DNA from: an uncultured Candidatus Saccharibacteria bacterium | GTDB taxonomy: Bacteria > Patescibacteriota > Minisyncoccia > Phycocordibacterales > Phycocordibacteraceae | Assembly: GCA_964357395.1 (NCBI GenBank) | Contig: CAYHLC010000002.1 | Coordinates: forward strand, 107,033-167,675 | Length of the DNA: 60,643 bases | Reading direction: 5' to 3' | In this document: positions 16,523-24,881 of the stretch, piece by piece | Layout: every line of letters starts with the position of its first letter | How positions within the stretch are numbered: the first letter of the stretch is position 1 | Notes under the pieces: generated by a model | Told to the model about the DNA's origin: nothing | Seen by the model: only the letters and a program-made list of their open reading frames with translations | The model's database searches: none | Program-made: the position numbers and the translations under genes

Positions 16523-17908
16523 ATGGCCGGCCCCAACATGCGCATACCCCCGCAATCTATCGATGCAGAGCGCGCACTCCTTGGTGCCGTAATGCTGAAG
16601 GCGGACGCGATACACGAGATCACCGACCTCATAACGAGTGATTCGTTTTATGTAGAGAAGCATCGCAGCATCTACCGTGCGTTTGTGGCGCTCGCCGCTG
16701 CCGGCTCCCCCATCGACCTCCTCTCCGTTGCTAACTACCTTAAGGACCAGCAGGAGCTGGAGCGCGCGGGTGGCAATGGCTACCTGGCAGAGCTGGTGTC
16801 CGCCGTCCCCACCTCCTCTAACATCAAGCACTATGCGGAAATAGTGCAGAAGAAGTCGATGATGCGCGCCGTGATCGACGCGGCAACGGACATAAGCGAC
16901 ATGGGCTACGACGAGAGCCGTCAGATCGAGGAGATAGTCGACGGCGCCGAAAAGAGGCTCGGCGAGGCGACGAGCAACCCGACGATGCGTAAGTTTGTCG
17001 CTATTGGCGAGGAACTGAAGGAGGCCATGGAGCGGTTCGAGAACCTCAGTAAGGGCGACCACGAAATGCGCGGCGTCCCCACCGGGTTTGCGAACCTAGA
17101 CAACGTGCTTGCCGGCTTTCAGAAGTCGGACCTCATCATCCTCGCTGCTCGCCCCTCGATGGGTAAGACCAGTCTCGCCCTCGACATTGCACGCCAGACT
17201 GCTATTAAGTTTGGTACCCCCGTCGGGATCTTCTCACTCGAGATGAGTGCGCAGCAGTTGGTGGACCGTATGCTCGCAGCCGAAGCGCGAGTGGATGCGT
17301 GGAAGTTGCGCACCGGACGCATCTCGACTGACGAGGAGTTCGAGCAGATCCGCGACGGCATGGAACGCCTCAGCAAGGCCCCTATCTATATCGACGATCA
17401 GCCGGCCAACAATGCACTCATCATGCGTTCGGTGGCGCGCCGCCTCAAGCGGGAGAACGGCATCGGACTCCTCATCATCGACTACCTGCAACTGATGGCG
17501 CCGACATCGGCCCGTTCCTCCGACTCATTGGTACAGCAGGTGACGGAGATATCCCGCTCATTGAAGCAGCTCGCGCGCGAACTGGATGTGCCCGTCCTCG
17601 CCCTCTCACAACTCAGCCGCGCCGTCGAGCAACGCCGGGGCAGGCCGCGTCTCTCCGACCTCCGTGACTCGGGCTCTATCGAGCAGGATGCGGACGTGGT
17701 TATGTTCATCCACCGCGAGGACAAGATGAACTCGGAGACGGTCGAGAAGAACAACATGGCCGAGATCCTGATTGAGAAGCACCGCAACGGCCCCGTCGGC
17801 AAGGTGGACCTCTACTTCGATGAGAAGCGCGCCTCCTTCATCCCTATCGACAACTCCGACTTCGGTGCCTCCGTCACCACCCCCGCCTCGGCGCACGAAG
17901 ACTTTTAA
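16523..17908 (+). CDS. dnaB: replicative DNA helicase DnaB
   Basis: PPQSIDAERALLGAVM N-terminal domain, Walker A ARPSMGKTS, LIIDYLQLM, SQLSRAVE. Start placed at the ATG 6 nt after TATACT (16511..16516). The ORF-track GTG at 16493 is also possible. Confidence 0.93.
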   Translation: MAGPNMRIPPQSIDAERALLGAVMLKADAIHEITDLITSDSFYVEKHRSIYRAFVALAAAGSPIDLLSVANYLKDQQELERAGGNGYLAELVSAVPTSSNIKHYAEIVQKKSMMRAVIDAATDISDMGYDESRQIEEIVDGAEKRLGEATSNPTMRKFVAIGEELKEAMERFENLSKGDHEMRGVPTGFANLDNVLAGFQKSDLIILAARPSMGKTSLALDIARQTAIKFGTPVGIFSLEMSAQQLVDRMLAAEARVDAWKLRTGRISTDEEFEQIRDGMERLSKAPIYIDDQPANNALIMRSVARRLKRENGIGLLIIDYLQLMAPTSARSSDSLVQQVTEISRSLKQLARELDVPVLALSQLSRAVEQRRGRPRLSDLRDSGSIEQDADVVMFIHREDKMNSETVEKNNMAEILIEKHRNGPVGKVDLYFDEKRASFIPIDNSDFGASVTTPASAHEDF

Positions 17909-18193
17909 CTAGCTCTTGCGCCGCCCCTTGTCTTCTTCTGATTGTCTCCAATGACGCGCATAACCGGCGCTCTCCTGGTACCACATCGCTTGATCAATTA
18001 TGTACATTGAGAGTACAAAAGCCCCCACCCCACCCACTTCTCCAAACGCATTCCAGAGCCCGGTGCCTAGATTTCCTTCTAGTGCCTCCTCTGGTATTTC
18101 AAGTAGAGTCCACGCACCCACACCAGCAAGCGCCGCAACGACAAGGTGGGTGCTTGTCCGCTCGAACCAAAGAGGTTTAGGAGCTTCTGCCAT
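17909..18193 (-). CDS. small 2-TM membrane protein (hypothetical)
   Basis: 94 aa with two hydrophobic helices. Its stop abuts the dnaB stop. Confidence 0.55.
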   Translation of the reverse strand: MAEAPKPLWFERTSTHLVVAALAGVGAWTLLEIPEEALEGNLGTGLWNAFGEVGGVGAFVLSMYIIDQAMWYQESAGYARHWRQSEEDKGRRKS

Positions 18194-18222
18194 ACCACCA
18201 GTGTGCCATATGCGGTAAGCTT

Positions 18223-18822
18223 ATGTCCATGAGCCCCATCCGGGATCTGACTGAGCTCCTCAGCAAGCTGCCTGGCCTTGGCCCCCGGCAGGCACGTCGC
18301 GTGGTGCAGTACCTCCTATCGAGGGATCAGGCATTCCGCGAGCGCCTCGCAGCCGATATCACCTCGCTGAATCAGAAGGCGGCGCAGTGCCCACGCTGCA
18401 TGCGCTACGATGATCCAACGCAAAGCGGGCTCTGCTACACCTGCTCCGACACCAGCCGCGACGCGACTACCCTACTTGTCGTAGAGCATGATGTCGATAT
18501 CGACGCAATCGAGGCATCACTGACGTACAAGGGCCTCTACTTCGTCCTCGGTGGACTTATGAACCTGGTACGCGAGCGAAAGGATAAGGTCATCCGTGTT
18601 GCAGAACTTTTAAAGAGAGTTGACTCACATGTAACCGAAGTGATCTTTGCGCTCTCAACCACCCCCGAGGGCGATTACACTGCAAAAGAGCTGAGCTCAC
18701 AGCTGACAGCTCACAGCTCACAGCTTCGTGTCACCCACCTCGGAAGAGGGCTGTCGGTAGGAGCGGAGCTTGAGTACGCCGACCCAGAGACCCTCCGCAG
18801 CGCCCTCAGAAACCGAAACTAA
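18223..18822 (+). CDS. recR: recombination protein RecR
   Basis: LPGLGPRQARRVVQYLL helix-hairpin-helix, CPRC...CYTC zinc finger, Toprim-like region. Confidence 0.92.
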   Translation: MSMSPIRDLTELLSKLPGLGPRQARRVVQYLLSRDQAFRERLAADITSLNQKAAQCPRCMRYDDPTQSGLCYTCSDTSRDATTLLVVEHDVDIDAIEASLTYKGLYFVLGGLMNLVRERKDKVIRVAELLKRVDSHVTEVIFALSTTPEGDYTAKELSSQLTAHSSQLRVTHLGRGLSVGAELEYADPETLRSALRNRN

Positions 18823-18837
18823 GCGACTTTTACTTTC

Positions 18838-18866
18838 TTGACATATGTGGCTTGATGTGGTATACT
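18838..18866 (+). promoter_or_regulatory. sigma70-type promoter, leaderless configuration
   Basis: TTGACA-17-TATACT, then 6 nt to the ATG at 18873. Confidence 0.7.
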
Positions 18867-18872
18867 AGCCAC

Positions 18873-19100
18873 ATGAAGCACACTATGTCATACACCAGGT
18901 ACAATCGCGTACACAAGGTTGGCACTGCGCTTGCAGTAACGGGGATCCTCGTCATCGGCGCGGCTCTTGCTACTTACTCCATCACAGATGGCGCAGTTGG
19001 TGCACTCCTCACCCTCGTAGGATTCGGCACACGTATGTACGCAACAGCGAGCCTCTGCGACATGTACCGCGACGACCCGTTTGCTGGCTACCAGATCTAG
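18873..19100 (+). CDS. small 2-TM membrane protein (hypothetical)
   Basis: MKHTMSYTRYN with two helices. The ORF-track start at 18852 lies inside the promoter spacer. Confidence 0.55.
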   Translation: MKHTMSYTRYNRVHKVGTALAVTGILVIGAALATYSITDGAVGALLTLVGFGTRMYATASLCDMYRDDPFAGYQI

Positions 19101-19118
19101 CGCACGAATGACGAGCTT

Positions 19119-19274
19119 CTAGTACCGCCAAAACCACACGAGAATTGCCGAGCCGACAGATAACGAACCGCTGAAGGTCCAACCAGCAACCTTTCCTACG
19201 AGAGGTTTAAAGCGCGGGCGAGTAAACCCATCAGAGTCAACGACTCGACTTTCCTTTTGAAGGTCGAGGGTCAC
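19119..19274 (-). CDS. possible 51-aa membrane peptide downstream of rplU
   Basis: Hand-translated GTG-start ORF 4 nt after the L21 stop. Hydrophobic C-terminus GSLSVGSAILVWFW. No other support. Confidence 0.3.
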   Translation of the reverse strand: MTLDLQKESRVVDSDGFTRPRFKPLVGKVAGWTFSGSLSVGSAILVWFWRY

Positions 19275-19278
19275 GGTG

Positions 19279-19587
19279 TTAGATCTTTTCGATCAGCACC
19301 TTGAGGTAGGGCTGGCGGTGGCCACGCTTCTTGAAGTAGCGACTCTTGGCCTTGTACTTGATCACAATCTTCTTATCATCGCGGCCAGCTTCCAGGACCT
19401 TGCCAGTCACCTTGCCACCGGTTGTTGGGGTGCCAACCTCAGTCTCCTTGCCGTCGTCAGTCAAGAGAACGTGATCGAAGGTGACCTTGTCACCCTCCCC
19501 GAGCCCTGGGATCTTCTCTATCTCCAAATAGCGACCCTCCTCCACGAGGTACTGCTTGCCGCCGGTCTTGATTACTGCAAATGCCAT
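19279..19587 (-). CDS. rplU: 50S ribosomal protein L21
   Basis: MAFAVIKTGGKQYLVEEG N-terminus and KYKAKSRYFKKRGHRQ tail. Confidence 0.95.
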   Translation of the reverse strand: MAFAVIKTGGKQYLVEEGRYLEIEKIPGLGEGDKVTFDHVLLTDDGKETEVGTPTTGGKVTGKVLEAGRDDKKIVIKYKAKSRYFKKRGHRQPYLKVLIEKI

Positions 19588-19680
19588 GAGAGGTATACTA
19601 CCCTATTTGAACCCCTCTGACAAGACTCTGGGTCTAGCGGTATTTGACATATTCCGATTGTGATATATAGTATCTCTCAT

Positions 19681-19869
19681 ATGGGATCAGCAGACGAATT
19701 CGATCTTGGCCCATTCACCCCGTGGCTAGGAGGCGCTCTCTTGATTGGCGGCATCACCAGAGCAATCTTCGACCTTAATGAGGGTCACGTACTGAATGTG
19801 GGAGCCGATCTAGTCTTTGCTGCTTTAGGTGGCCTGCTTGTCTGGCTCGGAACAAATAAGTCCGACTAA
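19681..19869 (+). CDS. small 2-TM membrane protein (hypothetical)
   Basis: MGSADEF start downstream of TTGACA (19644)-16-TATAGT. The ORF-track GTG at 19660 lies in the promoter. Confidence 0.5.
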   Translation: MGSADEFDLGPFTPWLGGALLIGGITRAIFDLNEGHVLNVGADLVFAALGGLLVWLGTNKSD

Positions 19870-19879
19870 AGCACAGTTA

Positions 19880-20125
19880 TTATTCCACGGTGACTGATTT
19901 GGCTAAGTTTCTTGGGCGGTCGACGTTGTAGCCTTTCAGACTTGCTACGTGACAGCTAAACAGTTGTAGCGCGATAGCAGAGAGTATGGGCGAGAGCTCC
20001 TCGCTCGTTTTTGGTATGTATATGACCCTATCTGCAATCTCGCTAACCCGCGTGTCCCCTTCGGTTGCTATTGCAATAATAGGACCCTTCCGCGCCTCTT
20101 TTCCCGGTGTATCCAAAGATGCCAC
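19880..20125 (-). pseudogene. glmS: C-terminal remnant of glutamine--fructose-6-phosphate aminotransferase
   Basis: Only 81 codons, ending ALQLFSCHVASLKGYNVDRPRNLAKSVTVE*, the canonical GlmS C-terminus. An in-frame TAA lies immediately upstream. No N-terminal part in the window. Confidence 0.85.
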
Positions 20126-20199
20126 ACATTACTGACCATACTACGGAAGCGAGATGTAGGTAACGTTAACACCGTAAGTAAGTTAATCGCGTAGTCTAG

Positions 20200-20906
20200 A
20201 GTCCCGAGGTTTCGCCTCGGGACTTGCTATACTTATGTGCAGTATATGGCTAGGAACCACCGATTTGCGCCTGGCGAGTGGTACCACTGCTACAATCGTG
20301 GTGTTGAAAAACGTACTACCTTTCTCAGTGCCACCGATTACCACCGCTTTATGTTGCTCATGTATACCTGCAATTCATCTGAGCCGTATGAGAACCTCAC
20401 ATACCGCAACGAGAGCTTGGCGGACGCGATTGAGCGACAAGGCCGGACAGGCACCCCCCTCGTTGCCATAGGAGTCTATTGCATGATGCCCAACCACTTT
20501 CATTTTTTGATGAAGGAGGTAGTCGAGGGAGGCATTGCCAAATTCATGCAGAAGGCGATAACTGGATACACAATGTACTTCAACAAGAAGTATGAGAGGT
20601 CTGGACCCCTATTTGTTGCTGGCGTCTTTAAATCTCGCCACGTTGATGCTGATGTCTATTTACAGCATGTGGCTTCTTACATACATCTCAACCCAACCGA
20701 CCTGAAACTCAAATGGCCTGAAGTGTTGACCTTCCCCTACAGTAGCCTTGCAGACTTCGACAAAACGACCCACCGAATTCAAAAGTCACTACTGGACGAT
20801 GAGATCTTTACTTTGATCAATCAAGATCTGATGCACAATTCTCTTAAGGAAGCGGCTGGGGTGTATGCAACCAAACTGGAAAGTCCCGAGTCGAAACCTC
20901 GGGACT
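20200..20906 (+). mobile_element. RAYT/IS200-like Y1 transposase gene bracketed by inverted 25-nt hairpins
   Basis: AGTCCCGAGG-TTTCG-CCTCGGGACT at 20200..20224. Its inverted copy (1 mismatch) lies at 20882..20906. Confidence 0.7.
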
Positions 20907-20911
20907 TTTGA
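20246..20911 (+). CDS. HUH-Y1 transposase, REP-associated tyrosine transposase (RAYT)-like
   Basis: MPNHFHFLM (HUH motif) and ASYIHLNP (catalytic Tyr context). Homologous to 53032..53691. Confidence 0.8.
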   Translation: MARNHRFAPGEWYHCYNRGVEKRTTFLSATDYHRFMLLMYTCNSSEPYENLTYRNESLADAIERQGRTGTPLVAIGVYCMMPNHFHFLMKEVVEGGIAKFMQKAITGYTMYFNKKYERSGPLFVAGVFKSRHVDADVYLQHVASYIHLNPTDLKLKWPEVLTFPYSSLADFDKTTHRIQKSLLDDEIFTLINQDLMHNSLKEAAGVYATKLESPESKPRDF

Positions 20912-21943
20912 TCAGTCGCGGGTTGGACCATCAATTAGTTCAGTTTCAATGCCTAGCGAGGAGCCGGAGATTCTTAAGACGTCTTTGTCGATTTTCTTAA
21001 ACTCCTTTTCCGAAGCGTTGTAGTGGTTGACCACGGTGCCAAGGGCGTTGCCGAGCTTACTCTGGTACTCGCGGTAGGCACCCAGGTGCTTGCCGAGCTC
21101 GCCCACGTTCTTGATCACGTCGTGGATCTTCTCTTCTATTTGTAGAGATTTTAGGCCTTGAAGAACTGTCTGTAGGTACGCGAGGAACGACGTTGGCGAG
21201 ACGATGATCACCTTTTTGCTAAAGGCGTACTCTATCAAGTCACGTGTGTTGGTCTTGACCGTGCCAACTTGGTTAATCAGGAGATCGTAGTAGATACCCT
21301 CGGATGGGATAAACATGAACGCGAAGTCCATAGTGTTCTCCTCTGGCCGTACATACTTACTGGTCTCGTCGATGCGGAGCTTGAGGTCTTGCTTGAAGAG
21401 CTTCTCCAACCGCTCCTTCTCTGCGACATCATTCGTCCCGAGGATGCGATTGTAGTTATCGAGTGAGAACTTGGAGTCGATTGGCACGATTCGCTCCTTG
21501 ATGAACACCACCGCATCCACAATCTCGCCATTCTTGAACGTGTACTGCATTTGGAAAGACCCGGGTGGCATCACGTTCTGCAGTACGGTCTCCAAATAGT
21601 ACTCTCCGAGTATCCCCCTTTGCTTAGGATTCTTTAGGATATCCTGCAAGTTCTGGAGCTGGTCAGCAAAGCTCACCACCTGCCTGTTGGTCTCGTCAAG
21701 CTTGGTCAATCCCTCCGTCACGTCCCGTACGATTTTGAATGTGTCTGTTAGCTGCTTTTGCACCGACTCTTGCACGCGGGACGTCGAGTCAGACATGAGG
21801 CGCGATAGCTCGCCGATACGGTCATGTAGCAGCTGCACCGCCTCCCCGCCCTGCTGCGGCTTTTGCTGGCTGAACAAGAAGTACAACACCCCCGCGTTTA
21901 CGAGGAGTAGTACAACAACGAGGCCAATAAGCACACCTTCCAT
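20912..21943 (-). CDS. rmuC: DNA recombination protein RmuC
   Basis: N-terminal TM helix, coiled coil, then the nuclease-like region FMFIPSEGIYYDL and VIIVSPTSFLAYLQ. Confidence 0.88.
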   Translation of the reverse strand: MEGVLIGLVVVLLLVNAGVLYFLFSQQKPQQGGEAVQLLHDRIGELSRLMSDSTSRVQESVQKQLTDTFKIVRDVTEGLTKLDETNRQVVSFADQLQNLQDILKNPKQRGILGEYYLETVLQNVMPPGSFQMQYTFKNGEIVDAVVFIKERIVPIDSKFSLDNYNRILGTNDVAEKERLEKLFKQDLKLRIDETSKYVRPEENTMDFAFMFIPSEGIYYDLLINQVGTVKTNTRDLIEYAFSKKVIIVSPTSFLAYLQTVLQGLKSLQIEEKIHDVIKNVGELGKHLGAYREYQSKLGNALGTVVNHYNASEKEFKKIDKDVLRISGSSLGIETELIDGPTRD

Positions 21944-21974
21944 CTCGCCATTTTAGCACTGCTGCGCAGCATAC

Positions 21975-22003
21975 TTGACGCATATAGTATATTATGTTAC
22001 TGT
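21975..22003 (+). promoter_or_regulatory. sigma70-type promoter, leaderless configuration
   Basis: TTGACG-17-TACTGT, then 6 nt to the ATG at 22010. Confidence 0.6.
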
Positions 22004-22009
22004 CTCGAA

Positions 22010-22297
22010 ATGTCAGAACTGACACCTCGCGAGATTGCGGACAGAGCGCTGAAGGGATATATCCCGAAGCGCCTCTTCATTTTGGGGGCCTTCATGGCGA
22101 TCGGTACAATTATTGGTTCTGTGGGCTTGCTCGATGACTTCCTAGGCTTTGATGCCCGTGACGATCGCAACAATCCTTTGTTGGGTCTTTTGTTTGGTGT
22201 ACTTGGGGGTGGTATCGCAGTATCAGCTTACGATATCGCTACAGTTTCAATCCCACTTGCCAAGTATCTGTGGCGCAAACGCAACGATCCAAAATAA
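22010..22297 (+). CDS. small 2-TM membrane protein (hypothetical)
   Basis: 95 aa with two helices. Confidence 0.55.
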   Translation: MSELTPREIADRALKGYIPKRLFILGAFMAIGTIIGSVGLLDDFLGFDARDDRNNPLLGLLFGVLGGGIAVSAYDIATVSIPLAKYLWRKRNDPK

Positions 22298-22325
22298 TTG
22301 ACAAACTGCTATTATTTAGTAATAC
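22298..22325 (+). promoter_or_regulatory. sigma70-type promoter, leaderless configuration
   Basis: TTGACA-16-TAATAC, then 6 nt to the ATG at 22332. Confidence 0.6.
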
Positions 22326-22331
22326 AAGAGT

Positions 22332-22562
22332 ATGGATCAATACAAAATTGCAGAAAAGCTTAAGTCTAGTCCACTCCTAACTATTGGATTCTTGGTAGCT
22401 CTTGCTACCCTATCCTCGATTACGACTTACGCGTATATGGAGCAGTACCCAGACTTCTTTGACTCTGGGGACAATGTGCCACTCGTTTTGTTTGGAGGGT
22501 TCACTTCTGCTGCCTCATCTGGACTCCTCGCAGCATTGATCTTTGGTACAGATCGCAAATAG
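22332..22562 (+). CDS. small 2-TM membrane protein (hypothetical)
   Basis: 76 aa with two helices. Confidence 0.55.
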   Translation: MDQYKIAEKLKSSPLLTIGFLVALATLSSITTYAYMEQYPDFFDSGDNVPLVLFGGFTSAASSGLLAALIFGTDRK

Positions 22563-22567
22563 GAACT

Positions 22568-22825
22568 ATGTCAAAAGAGATACTAAACAGTGGATTTGAA
22601 CTTTTTACAAAGGGAATGATGGGGCTTGCGCTCGATGCAGTTGTTCTTATAGGCGCCATCGAGTTGGATGGGTACCTCACCGAGCATGGAGCCGGGTCGG
22701 GCATTAACATGCATGCACTTCCTGGACTGCTAGCTCTGGCAGTGGGTTTCCATGCTTTCTATGGGATATACCAAGTCGGCACTGGCGGCCTTACGATGGT
22801 AGCGGGCCCGCTATTTAAGGACTAA
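22568..22825 (+). CDS. small 2-TM membrane protein (hypothetical)
   Basis: 85 aa with two helices, followed by the terminator at 22837. Confidence 0.55.
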   Translation: MSKEILNSGFELFTKGMMGLALDAVVLIGAIELDGYLTEHGAGSGINMHALPGLLALAVGFHAFYGIYQVGTGGLTMVAGPLFKD

Positions 22826-22836
22826 CGGAAAGCCAC

Positions 22837-22860
22837 AAAACCCGCCTAGTGGCGGGTTTT
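22837..22860 (+). terminator. intrinsic terminator
   Basis: AAAACCCGCC-TAGT-GGCGGGTTTT. Confidence 0.8.
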
Positions 22861-22877
22861 GTGTTATATTTAGAGCC

Positions 22878-23330
22878 ATGATTCAGAACACTATTTCGAC
22901 TGATTTGATAACCGCTATGAAGGCAAAGGAGATGCTCCGAGTGGAGGTGCTGCGAGGCCTCAAGGCGGCCTTCACCAACGAGCTGGTCGCCACCAAGCGG
23001 ATGCCGACAGACCCCCTCCCCGACGAGGACGCGCTCGGCGTGATCAGACGAGAGGTCAAAAAGCGCAAGGAGTCCATAGAGGCCTTCACCAACGGCAACA
23101 GGCCTGAGCTCGCAGAAAAGGAGCTGCAGGAGATAGCCATCCTCGCACCCTACCTCCCCGCCATGATGAGCCGCGAAGATATCGCCAAGATCGCGGTTGC
23201 GAAGAAGATCGAGATGAACGTCTCAGATAAGAAAGACATGGGCAAGTTTATGGGCGCACTTATGAAGGACCTGAGGGGCAAGGCAGATGGTGATGATGTA
23301 AAGGATGTGGTCGCAGGACTATTTATATGA
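22878..23330 (+). CDS. yqeY: GatB/YqeY domain protein
   Basis: LITAMKAKEMLRVEVLRGLKAAF and the overall 150-aa YqeY layout. Confidence 0.85.
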   Translation: MIQNTISTDLITAMKAKEMLRVEVLRGLKAAFTNELVATKRMPTDPLPDEDALGVIRREVKKRKESIEAFTNGNRPELAEKELQEIAILAPYLPAMMSREDIAKIAVAKKIEMNVSDKKDMGKFMGALMKDLRGKADGDDVKDVVAGLFI

Positions 23331-23455
23331 AATTCGGCTCAGAAAGCGCAGCGGACGACAAAAAGGACTCGGAGCCCACACCTGCTCCACCTGAGCCAGA
23401 GCCAGAAGATGAACCGAAGCCAAGCGGCCCTGATTGGTGGAAGCGATATAACTAG
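23327..23455 (+). CDS. possible 42-aa acidic Pro-rich peptide
   Basis: Hand-translated MKFGSESAADDKKDSEPTPAPPEPEPEDEPKPSGPDWWKRYN. ATGA overlap with yqeY. Ends 8 nt before the terminator. Confidence 0.3.
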   Translation: MKFGSESAADDKKDSEPTPAPPEPEPEDEPKPSGPDWWKRYN

Positions 23456-23462
23456 TAAAATC

Positions 23463-23488
23463 AAAAACCCGGCGAACGCCGGGTTTTT
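23463..23488. terminator. bidirectional intrinsic terminator
   Basis: AAAAACCCGGCG-AA-CGCCGGGTTTTT. Confidence 0.8.
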
Positions 23489-23504
23489 AGTTACTCTACT
23501 GGAG

Positions 23505-23639
23505 TTACTTGGGCATAGGAAGCTTGTCCCAGTCTGGATCATCACCATCTGGTGACTTACCTGGCTCTTCTGGGTCTACGTCTGGTCCTGTCCAGACAGG
23601 ATCCTCGCTTGGGTCTGCTTCTGAAAAATATTCAGCCAT
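23505..23639 (-). CDS. possible 44-aa acidic Pro-rich peptide
   Basis: Hand-translated MAEYFSEADPSEDPVWTGPDVDPEEPGKSPDGDDPDWDKLPMPK. Converges on the same terminator. Confidence 0.3.
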   Translation of the reverse strand: MAEYFSEADPSEDPVWTGPDVDPEEPGKSPDGDDPDWDKLPMPK

Positions 23640-23729
23640 GAAAACTTGATTAAGTTTTAATAGTTAAATAGTATTCCTTTCATCCCCCCTGTCAACAAGT
23701 TATGCAGAACTTGCAAGTTCTGACATTTG

Positions 23730-23801
23730 TGACCCTACAGGGAATCGAACCCTGATTACCGCCTTGAGAAGGCGATGTCCTAACCGTTAGACGATAGGGC
23801 C
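23730..23801 (-). tRNA. tRNA-Glu (anticodon CUC), no encoded CCA
   Basis: Folds by hand as GGCCCUA acceptor, GUCU/GGAC D stem, UCGCC-UUCUCAA-GGCGG anticodon arm, CAGGG-UUCGAUU-CCCUG T arm, discriminator A. Confidence 0.9.
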
Positions 23802-23879
23802 GTCACACTTTTATAGCATGAAGCTGAGCCGTTTTAAAGTCACACGAGCAATTCCCTGCCGTTCTGCTAAGATAGGCTC

Positions 23880-24488
23880 ATGAACAAGGGACTCTTGGCT
23901 GCAGCCGGCACTGTACTAGTACTCCTCATAGGAGGACTCGGCTATTCTATATACAGCCTGAACACGCCGGAAAATCTGAACCCGGTCGCATCCGAAATCG
24001 AGGAGGAGATACGCGCTTTTGCGAGCAGCTACTCCTCTACAACCGATAGTATTAGCGGTATCGAGGTCACTCGCGTCGAGGGTATGGCAGACGACTCGTA
24101 CATAGTCGAGGGCGAGGCGCAGACCCCTGGAGGCAGCTACCCTGCGACACTACGCCTCCTCAAGGTAGACGGGCAGTGGACAGTCCTCGGGTTTGAGAAG
24201 TCGCAAGCTTCGCCAACCTCTAACCAGGTTACGGTCGAGGGCACCTGGGAGTGCCTCCCCCACCGCGGCAATGGGCCGCAGACGGATGAGTGTGCCTTCG
24301 GGGTACTCCTCGACGGAGCCCACTTTGCAGTCGGTACGGAGCATGTGACCCACGACCCCGTAGAGCTCGCCGTTGGAGCCCGGGTTCGCATCGTCGGCGT
24401 TATGGTGCCTATCTACGAGGACTCGGTTGCAACTCTAAAGTACAGCATCAACGGCATCATTGATGCCACCTCAATTCAGAAGATCTAG
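23880..24488 (+). CDS. membrane-anchored exported protein (hypothetical)
   Basis: 202 aa with the N-terminal anchor LLAAAGTVLVLLIGGLGYSIY. No recognisable domain. Confidence 0.65.
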   Translation: MNKGLLAAAGTVLVLLIGGLGYSIYSLNTPENLNPVASEIEEEIRAFASSYSSTTDSISGIEVTRVEGMADDSYIVEGEAQTPGGSYPATLRLLKVDGQWTVLGFEKSQASPTSNQVTVEGTWECLPHRGNGPQTDECAFGVLLDGAHFAVGTEHVTHDPVELAVGARVRIVGVMVPIYEDSVATLKYSINGIIDATSIQKI

Positions 24489-24694
24489 TACCAGAATCCC
24501 TTGCTGACCTCATCAGCACCACTGCGACCGTGCTCTTTCCTAACCTCGTTTATTACGTGCTTCTTAACGCCATAGGCCATCTGTATAGCAGCCACACTTA
24601 CATAGCTCACGGCCCACACCAGCGCTGCCAGTCCCAGCACATCGAGGATGAGTGGTGTTCCCGGGATCTCTATCTGTGTTAGTTCGTATGACAT
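24485..24694 (-). CDS. small single-TM protein with basic tail
   Basis: 69 aa, third of three tandem genes with the same architecture. Confidence 0.5.
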   Translation of the reverse strand: MSYELTQIEIPGTPLILDVLGLAALVWAVSYVSVAAIQMAYGVKKHVINEVRKEHGRSGADEVSKGFWY

Positions 24695-24703
24695 ATACGT
24701 TTG

Positions 24704-24865
24704 TTAGTAGTTCCGTCGTCGCTCTGCACGCTCTTTAACGTTGGCTATGAATTCGTATACCGTCCTAAAGTTTCGGAAACTTAGCATCCCAAACACCGCG
24801 ATACCGAGGACGGCGGCTACATCTACCAGCAGGTCAGGTGTGATAAATCCTTCAATGCTGTCCAT
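24704..24865 (-). CDS. small single-TM protein with basic tail (below ORF-track cutoff)
   Basis: Hand-translated 53 aa ending ERAERRRNY, similar to the LRERERNY end of 24882..25097. Confidence 0.45.
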   Translation of the reverse strand: MDSIEGFITPDLLVDVAAVLGIAVFGMLSFRNFRTVYEFIANVKERAERRRNY

Positions 24866-24881
24866 AGGTACTTTTAATTAC

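Noticed and set aside
23339-23548. 69-aa minus-strand ORF in the yqeY-tRNA spacer.
   Set aside because: It reads straight through the strong bidirectional terminator hairpin at 23463..23488 and has an implausible Trp/Arg/Leu-rich composition.
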